The translations under genes and the position numbers were made by a program. Below, piece after piece: positions 62,675-64,000 of a DNA stretch of 64,000 nt (positions are counted from its first letter, which is position 1; the number at the start of each line of letters is the position of its first letter). The DNA is from Harriotta raleighana. Its lineage: Eukaryota. The notes below the pieces were generated by a model. The model had not been told where the DNA came from and made no database searches. It saw only the letters and a list, made by a program, of their open reading frames with translations. Location: the NCBI GenBank assembly GCA_050575255.1, contig JBNZDD010013505.1:786972-850971 (forward strand). Direction: 5' to 3'.

Positions 62675-64000
62675 AGTTTTCAGTTCTTCTATGATATCTT
62701 GGACAGAAAAAAAATAGATTGGACATCTTCAAATACACAAGCAAAAAGAAAGACAAAATATATATGTTATTTTAATCATTAAATATTTTGATTAAATATT
62801 TGGCACAATTAATCTTTGGATGTTTAACTGAGTCTAGTCTCTAGTCTCAGATCAGTTTGCAATATTTTCAAAAGGTTCTGCGCTCTTTAGAAGTGCAGAA
62901 GAGACTCTTGTCAGGGTGAATGATAGAATTATTCATTCATGGCTAGTTGTTGGACATTGCTATGTCAAATTGGCTGACCCATTCATCTACAAACATACAC
63001 TTTACAGTAAATCCTGTGAAGCATTTGGGACATCCTCCTTGCGTGTATCAAATACAAGCAACATTTTTTAAATGAATATTGATATAGTTGGATATAATTG
63101 CCAGAATGACATAAGACTCTGATTGAAATAAAGAAAAATATGTTTAATCACACCAAGGCAGAGGATTAGAACAGCACAGTTTCAGGGATATGATTAGATC
63201 TCTAACGTCCCCCTGAAAAAAGCAGACAAGACCTCCGTTTAACATCTAATTGAAGAAATGGCAGCTCCATCAATGAGCACAGAGGAAGGTTGGTTTCAGA
63301 GAACAATCATCACACAACAACATCGCTGCAGGAGATACTTAGGATAGCTGCCTCTGCACAACTTCTTCAATTGCTTCATCAATTATTTTCCCTCCATCAT
63401 TTAATCAATGTATTTATTATTTGTTGAATGGCCGTGAATTTCATGTCAACAAAATAATAAATAAACTAGTTACTCTTAAACCAATAGCAGATTGAGGTTT
63501 TGTTTCTTACAAGTATCATTCCTATTACCAGGAAATCATTATCATTAGCAATAATTAGTGTTGTTATTTATATCTTTCCTGACACAGTTTGTACAGCAAT
63601 GTTATGGCATTTACAACCAGCAAAGCTTCACTTCTGAAATTGCAAGTGGCTAAAATGAAAACCAGGCAAATACAGAGAAATGGTAGAAAGATGTTTCGCT
63701 GAGTAAACTATAAAATGGTAATCTTGTTCTAGTGCTGGTCAGTTGGATGCACAATTTTTACCAGCAAAGGTTAAAGCAAAATGGAAGCACAGTCCAGTCA
63801 AGGGGGTGAATATTAACATTAATAATAATTGAAGTGTAAGCAGTAAGGGCAGATGTTACATTTCAGATTTTGTATAAAGGGTTTAACTTGGTTTAATTAA
63901 TTCCACAAGGAGAAATTGGAACCATTACTACATTACTTCACCAAGACTGATGGAGAATTTAATACTTTAAGGTAACAGAGATTTCTCAGAATGGCAAATC

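Overview
Non-coding, AT-rich vertebrate DNA (large intron or gene desert). The repeat content points to a cartilaginous fish, probably a holocephalan such as the elephant shark; this is an inference, not a database result. I cannot support any intact host protein-coding gene. The protein-like ORFs are decayed L2 or CR1 LINE ORF2 fragments, and the others show no recognisable protein signature. The window is dominated by (i) a young tRNA-Ala-headed SINE with a Deu-domain body and (ATT)n tail (about 20 copies, long and short forms), (ii) older SacSINE1/AmnSINE1-type DeuSINEs, (iii) 5'-truncated L2 copies, about 20 of them tail-only, and (iv) CR1 copies, two lacking the RT core. It also holds a Penelope-like inverted insertion with a 14-bp TSD and a degenerate minimal-hammerhead motif, two Tigger/pogo-type MITEs and a hAT-type MITE. 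The most notable observations are a three-copy chimeric family with a SINE Deu segment inside an L2 3'UTR and a (GATT)n tail, and four L2 tails inserted into the 3' tail region of SINEs. Several repeat-free blocks look like conserved non-coding elements. All family names are by-eye recognition, and boundaries of old elements are approximate.
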